Source of the DNA: an uncultured Alphaproteobacteria bacterium
GTDB taxonomy: Bacteria > Pseudomonadota > Alphaproteobacteria > JAPYRI01
DNA: 64,000 nt
Assembly: GCA_964405515.1 (NCBI GenBank)
Contig: CAYOOG010000001.1
Coordinates: 1,003 to 65,002 of the forward strand
Direction: 5' to 3'
Within the stretch, counting starts at the first letter, position 1. Every line of letters starts with the position of its first letter. This document shows positions 1 to 9,194 of the stretch, piece after piece. Under the pieces are notes generated by a model. It made no database searches. It saw nothing but the letters and a program-made list of their open reading frames with translations, and was not told where the DNA came from. The position numbers were made by a program, and so were the translations under genes.

Positions 1-411
1 GCCGTTCTTCTCGAACACACTTTTAAGCTCGCGCTCGGTCATCTCTACACCGGCGGCGAGATTGGTCAGACCCTCGTTGCCCTTTCGGCTTTCCTCGGGC
101 GCCGCCTCCAGGGCCCGGCTCAGGTTATCGGCGACGTTCAGCAGGTCGCGGGCGAAATTGGTCACTGCGTACTTTATGGAGTCTTCGCGCTCGCGCTCCG
201 CCCGGCGGCGCAGATTTTCGGTGTCCGCAACGGCCCTCAAGAGCCGGTCCTTCAAGTCGGCGATGATCTCTTCCGGCTCCGCCTCTTCAGCGGCCGCGGC
301 GTTTGCCGCCGCCTCCTCTTCGCCGGCTTCATCCTCCGGCATGGGCGCCGCTTCGAGAGCTTTTTCCTCGTCCGCGTCCTTGGGCTGGTTTTCTTGTTTG
401 GCCTTACTCAT
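1..411 (-). CDS. grpE: GrpE nucleotide exchange factor; C-terminal part runs off the window edge
   Basis: Reverse-strand translation from the ATG at 411 reads MSKAKQENQPKDADEEKALEAAPMPEDEAGEEE...IIADLKDRLLRAVADTENLRRRAEREREDSIKYAVTNFARDLLNVADNLSRALEA. This is typical GrpE, and it lies directly downstream of hrcA on the same strand. Confidence 0.85.
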   Translation of the reverse strand, partial: MSKAKQENQPKDADEEKALEAAPMPEDEAGEEEAAANAAAAEEAEPEEIIADLKDRLLRAVADTENLRRRAEREREDSIKYAVTNFARDLLNVADNLSRALEAAPEESRKGNEGLTNLAAGVEMTERELKSVFEKNG

Positions 412-477
412 CAAGCTGCCTCGTTCTTCGTAAACGCTCAGTGTTATGGGTTTGTGGATGTAAATAGGGGATGGAGG

Positions 478-1512
478 TCAGCCGATCAAGCGGCCAACGA
501 CCTGGGCGGTATAATCCACCATGGGCACAATGCGGGCGTAATTGACGCGGGTCGGGCCAATAACGCCCAAGGCGCCCACCACCTTGCCCTTGCCGTTCAT
601 ATAAGGCGCGACAATAAGCGAAGAACCGGAGAGGCTAAATAAATTGTTCTCGGAACCGATGAAGATGTGCACGCCCTCGCCATCCTGGGCCAACTTCAGC
701 AGTTTGACCAAATCGCGCTTGCTCTCCAGGTCGTCAAAGAGCTTGCGGATAACCTCCAGGTTCTCAACAGCGTCCACATCGTCCAAGAGATTCGAGCGTC
801 CGCGCACAATAAGATTCTGCCCCTTGTCGCCGCCGCTCCAGGCGGCCACGCCCTCCTCGACCACGCGGGCCGACAGGGTATCCAACTCGGCCTGGCGGGC
901 CGCCAGTTCGGCAATGATCTGATCACCGACCTCGTCCAATGTGTGCCCCCGCACCCGCGCGTTCAGGTAATTGCCGGCCTCGGCCAGGGCAGACGGGGTG
1001 AGTCCCAGGGGCACGTCGATCAACCTGTTCTCGACCGAGCCGTCGGCGCTCACCATGACGACCAGCGCCCGGCCCGAATCGAGGGATACGAATTCCACGT
1101 GCTGCAAGGCGGCCTCTGTCTTTGGCGCCACGACCACGCCCGCACAATGGCAAAGGCCTGACAGGGCGGTCACGGCCTCGGTCAGGACCTCTTCCATGTC
1201 GTGCCCGGCGGCGGTGCAGCGGCCCTTGATGTCGATCCGCTCCTGATCGGTCAGGTGGCCGACTTCCAAAAGCCCGTCGACAAATATGCGCAAGCCCGTT
1301 TGCGTCGGCAGCCGCCCGGCGGAAGTGTGGGGCGCGAACAAAAGGCCGGTTCGCTCCAAAAGGGCCAAGACGTTGCGCACGCTGGCCGGAGACAGATTCA
1401 TCGGCAGCCGTTCGGCGATAGTGCGCGAGCCGACGGGCGCGCCGGTTTTCAGATAGGTCTCCACCACCTGACGGAAAATCTGCCGCGATCTATCGTTCAA
1501 CTCTCTAATCAT
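478..1512 (-). CDS. hrcA: Heat-inducible transcription repressor HrcA
   Basis: 344 aa ORF. It has an N-terminal winged-helix region (VGSRTIAERLPMNLSPASVRNVLALLERTGLL) and the architecture of the HrcA family. It sits in a classic hrcA-grpE arrangement. Confidence 0.9.
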   Translation of the reverse strand: MIRELNDRSRQIFRQVVETYLKTGAPVGSRTIAERLPMNLSPASVRNVLALLERTGLLFAPHTSAGRLPTQTGLRIFVDGLLEVGHLTDQERIDIKGRCTAAGHDMEEVLTEAVTALSGLCHCAGVVVAPKTEAALQHVEFVSLDSGRALVVMVSADGSVENRLIDVPLGLTPSALAEAGNYLNARVRGHTLDEVGDQIIAELAARQAELDTLSARVVEEGVAAWSGGDKGQNLIVRGRSNLLDDVDAVENLEVIRKLFDDLESKRDLVKLLKLAQDGEGVHIFIGSENNLFSLSGSSLIVAPYMNGKGKVVGALGVIGPTRVNYARIVPMVDYTAQVVGRLIG

Positions 1513-1541
1513 GGGCCCAATTTGTCGGGGATTTCATCTTG

Positions 1542-1570
1542 AATGTAGGTGCGCGGCGGCCTTGCGTCAA
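1542..1570 (-). promoter_or_regulatory. Putative sigma70-type promoter for hrcA, read on the minus strand as TTGACG-N17-TACATT
   Basis: The plus strand has cgtcaa at 1565-1570 and aatgta at 1542-1547, 17 nt apart, about 30 nt upstream of the hrcA ATG at 1512. No CIRCE inverted repeat (TTAGCACTC-N9-GAGTGCTAA) was found in 1513-1674. Confidence 0.3.
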
Positions 1571-1674
1571 CGCGGCCCGGCGCCCCGAAGGGCTTGCCCG
1601 GTAACGGCAAGGCTGGACCTTCCGGTCCGATAGGGCTAGAAATCCGGGCTCTGAAGCTTTTTGCGGAGATCATC

Positions 1675-2391
1675 ATGCGTCCTTCCGGCCGTGCCGACGA
1701 CGAACTACGGCAAATCTCGTTGGAGACCGGCGTGAGCAAGCACGCCGAAGGCTCCTGTCTGGTGCATTTCGGCGACACGCGGGTTCTGTGCACGGCCAGT
1801 CTCGACGAGGGTGTGCCCCACTGGCTGTGGAACACCGGCAAAGGCTGGGTTACGGCGGAATACGGCATGTTGCCCCGGGCCACCGGCCAGCGCACCCAGC
1901 GCGAGGCGGTGCGGGGCAAGCAGACCGGTCGTAGCCAGGAAATTCAGCGTCTTATCGGCCGCTCCCTGCGCTCGGTCACGGATATGTCGCGCCTTGGCGA
2001 ACGGCAGATCAAGGTGGATTGTGACGTTATCCAGGCCGACGGCGGCACGCGCACGGCCTCCATCACCGGTGCTTACGTGGCTCTTCACTTGTGTTTCGCC
2101 GACATGGCCGGGCGTGGTCTGGTCGAGGAAAACCCCCTTGGCGATCAGGTAGCGGCTGTCTCCTGCGGGCTGTTGGGTGGCAATTCCATTCTTGATCTGG
2201 ACTATGCCGAGGACAGCACGGCCCAGGCCGACGCCAACTTCGTCATGTCCGGCGCCGGCGGTCTTATCGAGGTCCAGGGCACCGCCGAAGGCGACCCCTT
2301 TTCCCGCGGTGAATTTATCGCCATGCTCGACCTCGCGACCGCTGGCATCGCCGAATTGTGCCGCCTGCAGCGCCAGACCCTCGGTTTATGA
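1675..2391 (+). CDS. rph: Ribonuclease PH
   Basis: Taken from the internal Met of ORF 1549..2391. The sequence [43 protein letters not shown]...[21 protein letters not shown] is a RNase PH signature. Confidence 0.9.
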   Translation: MRPSGRADDELRQISLETGVSKHAEGSCLVHFGDTRVLCTASLDEGVPHWLWNTGKGWVTAEYGMLPRATGQRTQREAVRGKQTGRSQEIQRLIGRSLRSVTDMSRLGERQIKVDCDVIQADGGTRTASITGAYVALHLCFADMAGRGLVEENPLGDQVAAVSCGLLGGNSILDLDYAEDSTAQADANFVMSGAGGLIEVQGTAEGDPFSRGEFIAMLDLATAGIAELCRLQRQTLGL

Positions 2392-2401
2392 CGAGACGCC
2401 C

Positions 2402-3031
2402 GTGACGGCGCTGCTCAAGCGGGAAGTCCTGGTCCTGGCCAGCCATAACGCCGGCAAGGTACGGGAAATTGCTGATCTGCTGACGCCCCATGGCGTGCAT
2501 GTCGTCTCCGCCGGCGATCTGGCCCTTGAGGAACCGGAAGAAACCGGGTCAAGCTTTGCCGCCAACGCTGAGCTGAAAGCAAGGGCTGCGGCGCAAGCTT
2601 CAGGCAAACCGGCATTGGCGGACGATTCCGGCCTTGCCGTGGCGGCGCTCGATGGCGCGCCCGGTATCCGGTCGGCCCGATGGGCCGGCGAGGGGCGCGA
2701 TTTTCGCACCGCCATGGAAAAGGTCGAAGGGTTGCTCACCGACAGGCTTGGCCCCTTATCTGACGACCCGGCAAAGCGCAGCGCCGCCTTCGTCTGCGCC
2801 CTGGCGCTGGCTTGGCCCAATGAATGCGATGGGCCGGTGGAGATCTTTGAAGGCCGGGTCGAGGGGACACTCGTCTGGCCGCCCCGGGGCGACAAGGGGT
2901 TTGGCTACGATCCCATATTCCAGCCGGAGGGTTACGATCAAACCTTCGGCGAGTTGGACCCAGAGGTTAAGCACCGCATCAGTCACCGCGCCGATGCCTT
3001 CGCAAAGTTGGTCGATGCCTGTTTCAATTAG
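2402..3031 (+). CDS. rdgB: Non-canonical purine NTP pyrophosphatase (dITP/XTP pyrophosphatase, RdgB/Ham1 family)
   Basis: C-terminal 210 aa of ORF 2177..3031: [18 protein letters not shown]...[39 protein letters not shown] start near 2402 is inferred. The rph-rdgB-hemW synteny supports the call. Confidence 0.8.
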   Translation: MTALLKREVLVLASHNAGKVREIADLLTPHGVHVVSAGDLALEEPEETGSSFAANAELKARAAAQASGKPALADDSGLAVAALDGAPGIRSARWAGEGRDFRTAMEKVEGLLTDRLGPLSDDPAKRSAAFVCALALAWPNECDGPVEIFEGRVEGTLVWPPRGDKGFGYDPIFQPEGYDQTFGELDPEVKHRISHRADAFAKLVDACFN

Positions 3032-4178
3032 TCCGGGCTTCGGGGTCTATATCCACTGGCCCTTCTGCGCCTCCAAGTGCCCTTACTGCGACTTCAACAG
3101 CTACGTGATCGAGGATCCGGACCCGGACCACTGGTCGCGGGCGCTGGTCGCGGAGCTGGATCACTACGCCCGGCAAACACCCGGGCACATGGTGACCTCG
3201 GTATTTTTCGGCGGCGGCACACCGTCGCTGATGGCGCCCCGTGTTGTGGAGGCCGTGTTGGAACGTATTGCCAGGCGCTGGCCCCTGGCGCCGGACGTGG
3301 AAATTTCGCTGGAAGCCAATCCCACAAGCGTTGAGGCGGAGAACTTTTTCGACCTGGCGTCGGTGGGGGTGGACCGGCTGTCGCTCGGCGTACAGGCCCT
3401 GGATGACCAGGCGCTACGGGCCCTCGGCCGCAACCACACGGTGGCCGAGGCCTTGGCCGCTCTTGATGTGGCGCGGGCTCATTTCCCCCGCGCCTCCTTT
3501 GATTTGATCTACGCCCGCCCCGGGCAGTCGCCGGACGGCTGGGCGGGTGAACTGGACGCGGCCCTCGTCCTCGGCCCGGATCACCTGTCCCTCTACCAAT
3601 TGACCATCGAGCCCAAGACACCCTTTCATGCCTTGGAGGCGCGCGGCGATCTGGTTCTGCCGATGGAAGACAATGCCGCCCGCATGTACGAATTGACACA
3701 GGAGCTTTGCGAGGCTGCCGGCCTTCCGGCCTACGAAATCTCAAACCATGCCCGGCCCGGCGAGGAATGCCGCCACAACATGACCTACTGGCGCATGGGC
3801 GAGTACTTGGGCATCGGCCCCGGCGCCCACGGCCGGGTGAAGGTGGACGGCGTGCCTCATGCGACGGTCGCCCACGCCGCGCCCGGCGACTGGCTTCAGG
3901 CGGTGGCCAACGAGGGTTGCGGCGCCCGATCCACGGACCCCTTGAGTATCGAGGAACAGGTCTCGGAATTCCTGCTTATGGGTCTCAGAACCCGCGAGGG
4001 GGTTGACCTGCCGCGGCTTACCAAACTGGCGGGGCGGCCCTGGCGGGACTGCATGTCCGCGCCGGGCCGGGCGCAGTTGCTGGAGGAAGGGTTTCTCAGC
4101 GAAGAGGGGGAGCGTCTCGTGGTCACGCCCCGGGGCCGGCCCTTGCTTAACGGTGTCCTGGCGCGGTTGCTTTTTTGA
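3015..4178 (+). CDS. hemW: Radical SAM family heme chaperone HemW (HemN-like, oxygen-independent coproporphyrinogen III oxidase-like)
   Basis: From the internal Met of ORF 2634..4178. [21 protein letters not shown] is the CxxxCxxC radical-SAM motif, and the rest of the protein resembles HemW/YggW. It overlaps the rdgB stop. Confidence 0.85.
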   Translation: MPVSISPGFGVYIHWPFCASKCPYCDFNSYVIEDPDPDHWSRALVAELDHYARQTPGHMVTSVFFGGGTPSLMAPRVVEAVLERIARRWPLAPDVEISLEANPTSVEAENFFDLASVGVDRLSLGVQALDDQALRALGRNHTVAEALAALDVARAHFPRASFDLIYARPGQSPDGWAGELDAALVLGPDHLSLYQLTIEPKTPFHALEARGDLVLPMEDNAARMYELTQELCEAAGLPAYEISNHARPGEECRHNMTYWRMGEYLGIGPGAHGRVKVDGVPHATVAHAAPGDWLQAVANEGCGARSTDPLSIEEQVSEFLLMGLRTREGVDLPRLTKLAGRPWRDCMSAPGRAQLLEEGFLSEEGERLVVTPRGRPLLNGVLARLLF

Positions 4179-4181
4179 TAG

Positions 4182-4252
4182 CCACCGCCTCCCGCTCCCC
4201 CTTCCCAACCACCCGACGAGCGTACCCTTGGGGTGGTTGGAGCGGGAAAGCG
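4182..4252. repeat. REP-like imperfect palindromic intergenic element, copy A
   Basis: The sequence ccaccgcctcccgctccccc-ttcccaaccaccc-[gacgagcgtaccctt]-ggggtggttgg-agcggga lies between the hemW stop (4178) and the stop of the convergent lpoA-like gene (4274). It is about 75% identical to copy B at 26158-26233. Confidence 0.7.
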
Positions 4253-4273
4253 TAGTCAACAGATAATGCTTTT

Positions 4274-5836
4274 CTAGTTTACCTGTTCTTCGAAGGTGCG
4301 CGGTGCAGGTTGGATAACCATGAGCCGGTTGGGGCGCACCTCCATGACCGCCAAGCCTCGCTCTACCACTCCGTCGGTCCCGAAGCGAAAGATGCCGTCG
4401 GTCCCGGCGAAGCCGCGGGTTGACATAATGGCCGTGCGCGAGAACACGCCCTCGCCCGGCGGCGCCTGGTCGCGGCCCAAGAGCCCGGCGAGCGCCACGG
4501 CGTCGTAGGCCAAGCTGGCGATACGCGGCGCGGCCTGGCCGTATATCTCCTGAAAACGCTGGCGAAATGTGGCGACCGATTGGGGCTCCGGCGCGGCGAA
4601 CCAACCGCCAACCAGGGCGGGCTCGCGGCCAATGTTCTCGTCGTCCCATTGGCCGCTCCCAAGGACGCGAATTTTGGTCGGGTCCACGTCGTAGTAGGGC
4701 AGTAGAAGCGCCACTTTTTGCAATCGCTCGCCGCCTTCCGGCAGGACGACTGCGTCGAACTCCACTTCGCCCAGGGTTTCCAGCCCTTCGAGCCGCTTCA
4801 GCGCTTCGGCGGAAATTTCATCCTCTATTTCCTCCAGGAGCTTTCGCTGCTCGAGAAGCGCGTCGCGGCGCTGGTCGTAACTGGCAAGACTGCGCACGGC
4901 GTCGTGGATCGCCGGGCCCGAGGCCTCTACCTGGTCCGGGTAGACCTCGACCTGGACCACCATGCCCCCGCGCGCCTCGGCGGCACGGTCCAGGGCCCGC
5001 ACGATCACGGCGCCGTAGGGGCTGTCGGGCACCAGGGCGGCTATCCGCCAAAGACCACGGGAGACTGCGTAACCGACCACACGTCCCACCTGCTCCTCGG
5101 GCATGAAGCCCAGCAGGAACACGCCGTCGCCGGCCACGGCGCGGTCGGTGGAAAAGGCAACCATGTTGATCCCGCGGGCGCGGGCCGCAGGGGCCGCGGC
5201 GGCGACCGACGAAGACAGCAGGGGCCCCAATATCAATTCGGCGCCCTCTTCCAGGGCTGCAAGTGCTGCGCTGGCTGCGCCTTCCGGCGTACCGCCGGTA
5301 TCCTTGGGCAAGAGCTCGAGCCGCCGGTCACCGACATCGAACAGGGCCAATTGAGCGGCATCCAGAAGAGCCCGGCCGATATCACGGCTCGCCCCGCTCA
5401 AGGGCAACAGCAGGGCTACCTTCAAGGGCGCCTCCTCGGACGCCAGGGGCGGCACAAGCACCGGCGCCTTGAAAACCGGGCCCAGGTGCGACAATCGAGC
5501 CTCGCTCTCGGGGGCCGGTGAGGCCATGGGCTCGGGGGCTGGCGTCGGTGTGGGCTGCACCACTGCCCGGGGCGGCGCCTTCGCCACCCTTACGGGCGGG
5601 GCCTCGGGCAAGGGCGTCTCGACAGCCCGCTGCGGTGTTGGCCTCGGCGTTTGCCTTGGCGACGCGGCTTTTTCTGGCCAAGCCGCGCGCTCTCTGGGTA
5701 CTGTCGGAGAGCCACAGCTGCTGAGCAAAAGGGCGGCAGCGATCAGGCAAGACGCAGCGCCGGCCAGGGACTGGCTCAGGCGCGGCGATACGGTCAACCA
5801 ACAGAAGTCCAAAAGCAGGAAAAATGGGCGGCGCAC
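4274..5836 (-). CDS. lpoA: LpoA-like penicillin-binding-protein activator / periplasmic-binding-protein type I lipoprotein with a Pro-rich linker
   Basis: The 520 aa ORF has a signal peptide with lipobox LLLSSC and a Pro/Ala-rich low-complexity region. A PBP1 (Leu/Ile/Val-binding-like) domain follows. It is divergent from rsmI and adjacent to yraN and yraP-like genes, as in the E. coli yraL-yraM-yraN-diaA-yraP locus. The true start is probably downstream of 5836. Confidence 0.65.
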   Translation of the reverse strand: MRRPFFLLLDFCWLTVSPRLSQSLAGAASCLIAAALLLSSCGSPTVPRERAAWPEKAASPRQTPRPTPQRAVETPLPEAPPVRVAKAPPRAVVQPTPTPAPEPMASPAPESEARLSHLGPVFKAPVLVPPLASEEAPLKVALLLPLSGASRDIGRALLDAAQLALFDVGDRRLELLPKDTGGTPEGAASAALAALEEGAELILGPLLSSSVAAAAPAARARGINMVAFSTDRAVAGDGVFLLGFMPEEQVGRVVGYAVSRGLWRIAALVPDSPYGAVIVRALDRAAEARGGMVVQVEVYPDQVEASGPAIHDAVRSLASYDQRRDALLEQRKLLEEIEDEISAEALKRLEGLETLGEVEFDAVVLPEGGERLQKVALLLPYYDVDPTKIRVLGSGQWDDENIGREPALVGGWFAAPEPQSVATFRQRFQEIYGQAAPRIASLAYDAVALAGLLGRDQAPPGEGVFSRTAIMSTRGFAGTDGIFRFGTDGVVERGLAVMEVRPNRLMVIQPAPRTFEEQVN

Positions 5837-6735
5837 GAAAAACCCCTAAAGGCAGAATCAAGGCGGCGGAGTCTAGCGGCGGGCAAGGCCCAAGTAAACG
5901 CGTGGCGCCGGGCCTTTATTTGGTGGCCACGCCCATTGGCAACATGGCCGATATTACTCTTCGGGCGCTGGAGGTGCTGGCCGGGGCAGACGTCATCGCC
6001 GCCGAGGACACGCGGGTGACGCGCAAACTGCTGGTCCGGCATGGCATAGAGACAACCCTGGTGGCCTATCATGACCATAGCGGCACCCGCGCCCGGGAAG
6101 GCCTGCTCAAACGGCTGGAGGCGGGCGAGCGCGTGGCGCTGGTAAGCGACGCCGGCACGCCGCTGATCTCCGACCCAGGTTTTAAGCTTGTCGCCGCCGC
6201 ACGGGAGCGCGGCCTGATGGTTACGGCGCTGCCAGGGGCCTCTTCGGTGTTGACAGCGCTGACTTTGAGCGGCCTGCCCAGCGATCAGTTCTTCTTTGCC
6301 GGTTTCCTGCCATCGAAAAGAGTGGCGCGAAGGAATGCCCTCGATCGTTTGTGCCGGATTCCGGCGACCCTGGTTTTCTTTGAATCCGCCCGGCGGCTCG
6401 CCCGCTCGCTTCGGGATATGGCTGATGTGCTCGGCCCCCGCGCCGCCGCCGTGGTGCGCGAGGCGACCAAGAAGTTTGAAGAAGTCCGCCCCGGCGTGCT
6501 CGGGGAATTGGCCGATCATTACGACGAGGCGGGCACCCCCAAGGGCGAGGTCGTGGTGGTCGTCGGCCCGCCCACCGAGGATGTGGTTGTGTCCGATGAG
6601 GCCCTCGACCATTTGCTCGAAGCGGCGTTGGGGCGCCTCAGCCTGAGCCGCGCCGTGGCCGAGGTGAGCTCGGAGACAGGCGTGGCGCGCAAGCGGGTCT
6701 ATGACCGGGCGCTGGTCCTGAAAGCGCGTTCATGA
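5824..6735 (+). CDS. rsmI: 16S rRNA (cytidine1402-2'-O)-methyltransferase RsmI
   Basis: LYLVATPIGNMADITLRALEVLAGADVIAAEDTRVTRKLL is the tetrapyrrole-methylase-like RsmI signature. The start is uncertain; an in-frame GTG near 5903 is possible. Confidence 0.85.
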   Translation: MGGARKTPKGRIKAAESSGGQGPSKRVAPGLYLVATPIGNMADITLRALEVLAGADVIAAEDTRVTRKLLVRHGIETTLVAYHDHSGTRAREGLLKRLEAGERVALVSDAGTPLISDPGFKLVAAARERGLMVTALPGASSVLTALTLSGLPSDQFFFAGFLPSKRVARRNALDRLCRIPATLVFFESARRLARSLRDMADVLGPRAAAVVREATKKFEEVRPGVLGELADHYDEAGTPKGEVVVVVGPPTEDVVVSDEALDHLLEAALGRLSLSRAVAEVSSETGVARKRVYDRALVLKARS

Positions 6736-7112
6736 GCTTGCCCTCCCCGGCGAGGCAGAAGGCCTGGCGCGCCGGTCGTTGGGCGGAGGAATTGTGCGTC
6801 ATGCTCCTGCGCCTCAAGGGCTATCGCATCCTGGCGCGCGACCTGCGCACACCCCTGGGCGAAGTGGACATTGTGGCTCAGCGCGTGGCCCCGCTCGGCC
6901 GGGTCGTGATCTTCGTTGAGGTTAAGGCCCGGCGCAACTGGCGGGATGCCCTGGAGGCCCTGGGCCAGCGGCAACAGCAACGCATCTCCCGTGCCGCCGC
7001 GCATTTTCTGGCCGGCCACCCGGACCTTGCCGGGCTGGACGCGCGCTTTGACGTCATGCTGGTGGTGCCCTGGCGCCTGCCGCGCCATATTGTAAATGCC
7101 TGGGGCCTGTGA
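6732..7112 (+). CDS. yraN: YraN family (UPF0102) predicted endonuclease
   Basis: 126 aa. The sequence GEVDIVAQRV...VIFVEVKAR...FDVMLV follows the UPF0102 pattern. Its 4-nt overlap with rsmI suggests translational coupling. Confidence 0.8.
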   Translation: MSLPSPARQKAWRAGRWAEELCVMLLRLKGYRILARDLRTPLGEVDIVAQRVAPLGRVVIFVEVKARRNWRDALEALGQRQQQRISRAAAHFLAGHPDLAGLDARFDVMLVVPWRLPRHIVNAWGL

Positions 7113-7174
7113 GCCGGGCAGTGTTCGTGTATTATCTAATCCTGTATGCGTATCGAAAGAGGGAATTCATATCC

Positions 7175-7843
7175 ATGACGTCCGGCAATTTTCGCCACTC
7201 GCCCCGTCCCATCCGTGCCCTTGTTTTATCGGCTTTTTGTGGGGCGATGTTGCTCGCCCAGGGCGGTTGCGTCGCGCCCCTGCTCTTCGTTGGCGCCAGC
7301 ACCACGGGCGCGGTGGTCGGCGCCCAGGAGCGCTCGCCCAAGGATGCCCTGAAGGACACCTGGATCGCCACCCAGGTTCAACATCATCTGGCGCAAACAC
7401 CAAAAGGCAAGCTCACTCATGTTGGTGTTGAAGTGCACGAGGGCCGGGTCATGCTGACAGGTGTGGTCAAAACCGAAGAGGACCGGGAAGAGGCGGGCAG
7501 CCTTGCCGCCAAGCCCAATGGCGTGAAGGAGGTCCTGAACGAGTTACAGATTCGCGACGAACACCCGGAAAAGCAGTACCTGAAGGATGCCACCATTACC
7601 ACGCGGATCAGAAAACGCCTGATGTCGGACGCCGAGATTTACGACATCAACTATTATGTCGAAACTGTAAACGGCATGGTTTACCTTTTGGGCATTGCCC
7701 GCAGCGATGGTGAACTGACCAAGGTGACCGACCACGCGCGTAGCGTATCCGGGGTCCAGGAAGTCATTAGCCACGTTCGAGTCAAACCGCCGGAAGAAGC
7801 GGACGAGGGTGAAGCGCCGCCTCCGCCTCCGCCGGCCCAATAG
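7175..7843 (+). CDS. BON domain-containing periplasmic protein (YraP/DolP/OsmY-like) with a Pro-rich C-terminus
   Basis: From the internal Met (MTSGNFRHSP) of ORF 7109..7843. It has a signal-like N-terminus and two BON-like segments (VEVHEGRVMLTGVV...; VETVNGMVYLLGIARSD). It ends PPPPPPAQ. Confidence 0.7.
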   Translation: MTSGNFRHSPRPIRALVLSAFCGAMLLAQGGCVAPLLFVGASTTGAVVGAQERSPKDALKDTWIATQVQHHLAQTPKGKLTHVGVEVHEGRVMLTGVVKTEEDREEAGSLAAKPNGVKEVLNELQIRDEHPEKQYLKDATITTRIRKRLMSDAEIYDINYYVETVNGMVYLLGIARSDGELTKVTDHARSVSGVQEVISHVRVKPPEEADEGEAPPPPPPAQ

Positions 7844-7862
7844 TCAGGAGCGTCCGCCGGAC

Positions 7863-8819
7863 ATGAGTCTCAAAATCGCCATCCAGATGGACCCGGTCGA
7901 AGAGATCAATATCGACGCCGACAGCACCTTTGCCCTGGCCATGGAAGCCCAGGCTCGCGGCCACGGGATATATTATTACCTGCCGGAGCAGTTAAGTTAC
8001 CTCAACGGTAAGGTCACGGCGGTGGCCCGGTCCCTGGAGCTGCGCCGTGAACGCGGCAATCATTTCAGCGCAGGCGAACCGGAGCTCCTTGATCTGGCCG
8101 AAGTGGACGTTGTGCTCATGCGCCAGGATCCCCCCTTCGACATGGCTTACATTACGGCCACCCACGTGCTCGAACACGTCATGGACCGCACCCTGGTGAT
8201 TAACGACCCGGTCGAGGTTCGCAATGCCCCGGAAAAGCTCTTCGTCACCCATTTCGCCGATTTCATGCCGCCGACACTGATTTCCTATGATGTAGAGGCC
8301 ATATCAGCCTTTCGGGAAGAGCACGGCGAGATCATCGTCAAGCCCCTGTTCGGCAGCGGCGGCGCCGGTGTCTTCCATCTCAAGCCCGAAGATGACAACC
8401 TGAATTCTCTTCTGGATGTGCTCATGGAAGGTGCGCGTGAGCCGGTTATGGCGCAGCTCTACCTGCCGGAAATCAGGCAAGGCGACAAGCGCGTCATCCT
8501 TGTTGACGGAGAGCCCGCGGGGGCCTTGAACCGGGTCCCGGCGGTTCGTGAGGCCCGCTCGAACCTGCACGTTGGTGGGCGCGCCGAGAAGGCGGAAGTA
8601 GACGACCGCGACCGGGAAATTTGTGCCGCCATTGGTCCCGAGCTGGCCCGCCGTGGCATGGTTTTCGTGGGAATCGACGTCATCGGCGGGTATTTGACCG
8701 AGATTAACGTCACCTCGCCCACCGGAATTCAGGAAATCGACAAATTCAATAAGAGCAATATTTCGAGCCTGATCTGGGACGCAATCGAGCGCCGCCACGG
8801 CAAGATCGCCGGCAGCTAA
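7863..8819 (+). CDS. gshB: Glutathione synthetase
   Basis: From MSLKIAIQMDPVEEINIDADSTFALAMEAQARGHGIYYY through to ...IIVKPLFGSGGAGVF...EINVTSPTGIQEI. This is an ATP-grasp GshB. Confidence 0.9.
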   Translation: MSLKIAIQMDPVEEINIDADSTFALAMEAQARGHGIYYYLPEQLSYLNGKVTAVARSLELRRERGNHFSAGEPELLDLAEVDVVLMRQDPPFDMAYITATHVLEHVMDRTLVINDPVEVRNAPEKLFVTHFADFMPPTLISYDVEAISAFREEHGEIIVKPLFGSGGAGVFHLKPEDDNLNSLLDVLMEGAREPVMAQLYLPEIRQGDKRVILVDGEPAGALNRVPAVREARSNLHVGGRAEKAEVDDRDREICAAIGPELARRGMVFVGIDVIGGYLTEINVTSPTGIQEIDKFNKSNISSLIWDAIERRHGKIAGS

Positions 8820-9194
8820 TTCGGCGCCGACGTTACCCTGCGCCTGCCACCCGAGCGGGTGCCGGGCGGCGAAGGCAGCAGCCAATATCCTCTGTTCTAC
8901 GCTTGAGGCAACCCGTCGAGAGTGCTTTCCGGGCAGATGGAACCAGTTTGATGGGTGCAAATCGATTTCCCAGGTAGGCGCGGCGTGAAGCGCGATATGG
9001 TATATCGGGCAAGCACCGCAACGCCCCTCGGGGACCGATTTGCCCCACCGAAGGCCGGGTTCTTTTGCACCTTGGCGTTGTTGCGTTCCTTATTCGATGT
9101 CCCACATCGTAAGGCGGAGCGCTCCTTGCCAAGGCGCAAAATAATCTCGGTCAAATGATTCTATATGCCCGGAAAACACTCTAGGGTGTGGCCC

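Noticed and set aside
8955-9158. 67-aa ORF in the gshB-comM intergenic region as a small protein gene.
   Set aside because: It has no RBS-like sequence at appropriate spacing and its composition is unremarkable. A non-coding or regulatory role for the region seems more likely. It is kept only as part of the intergenic-region finding.
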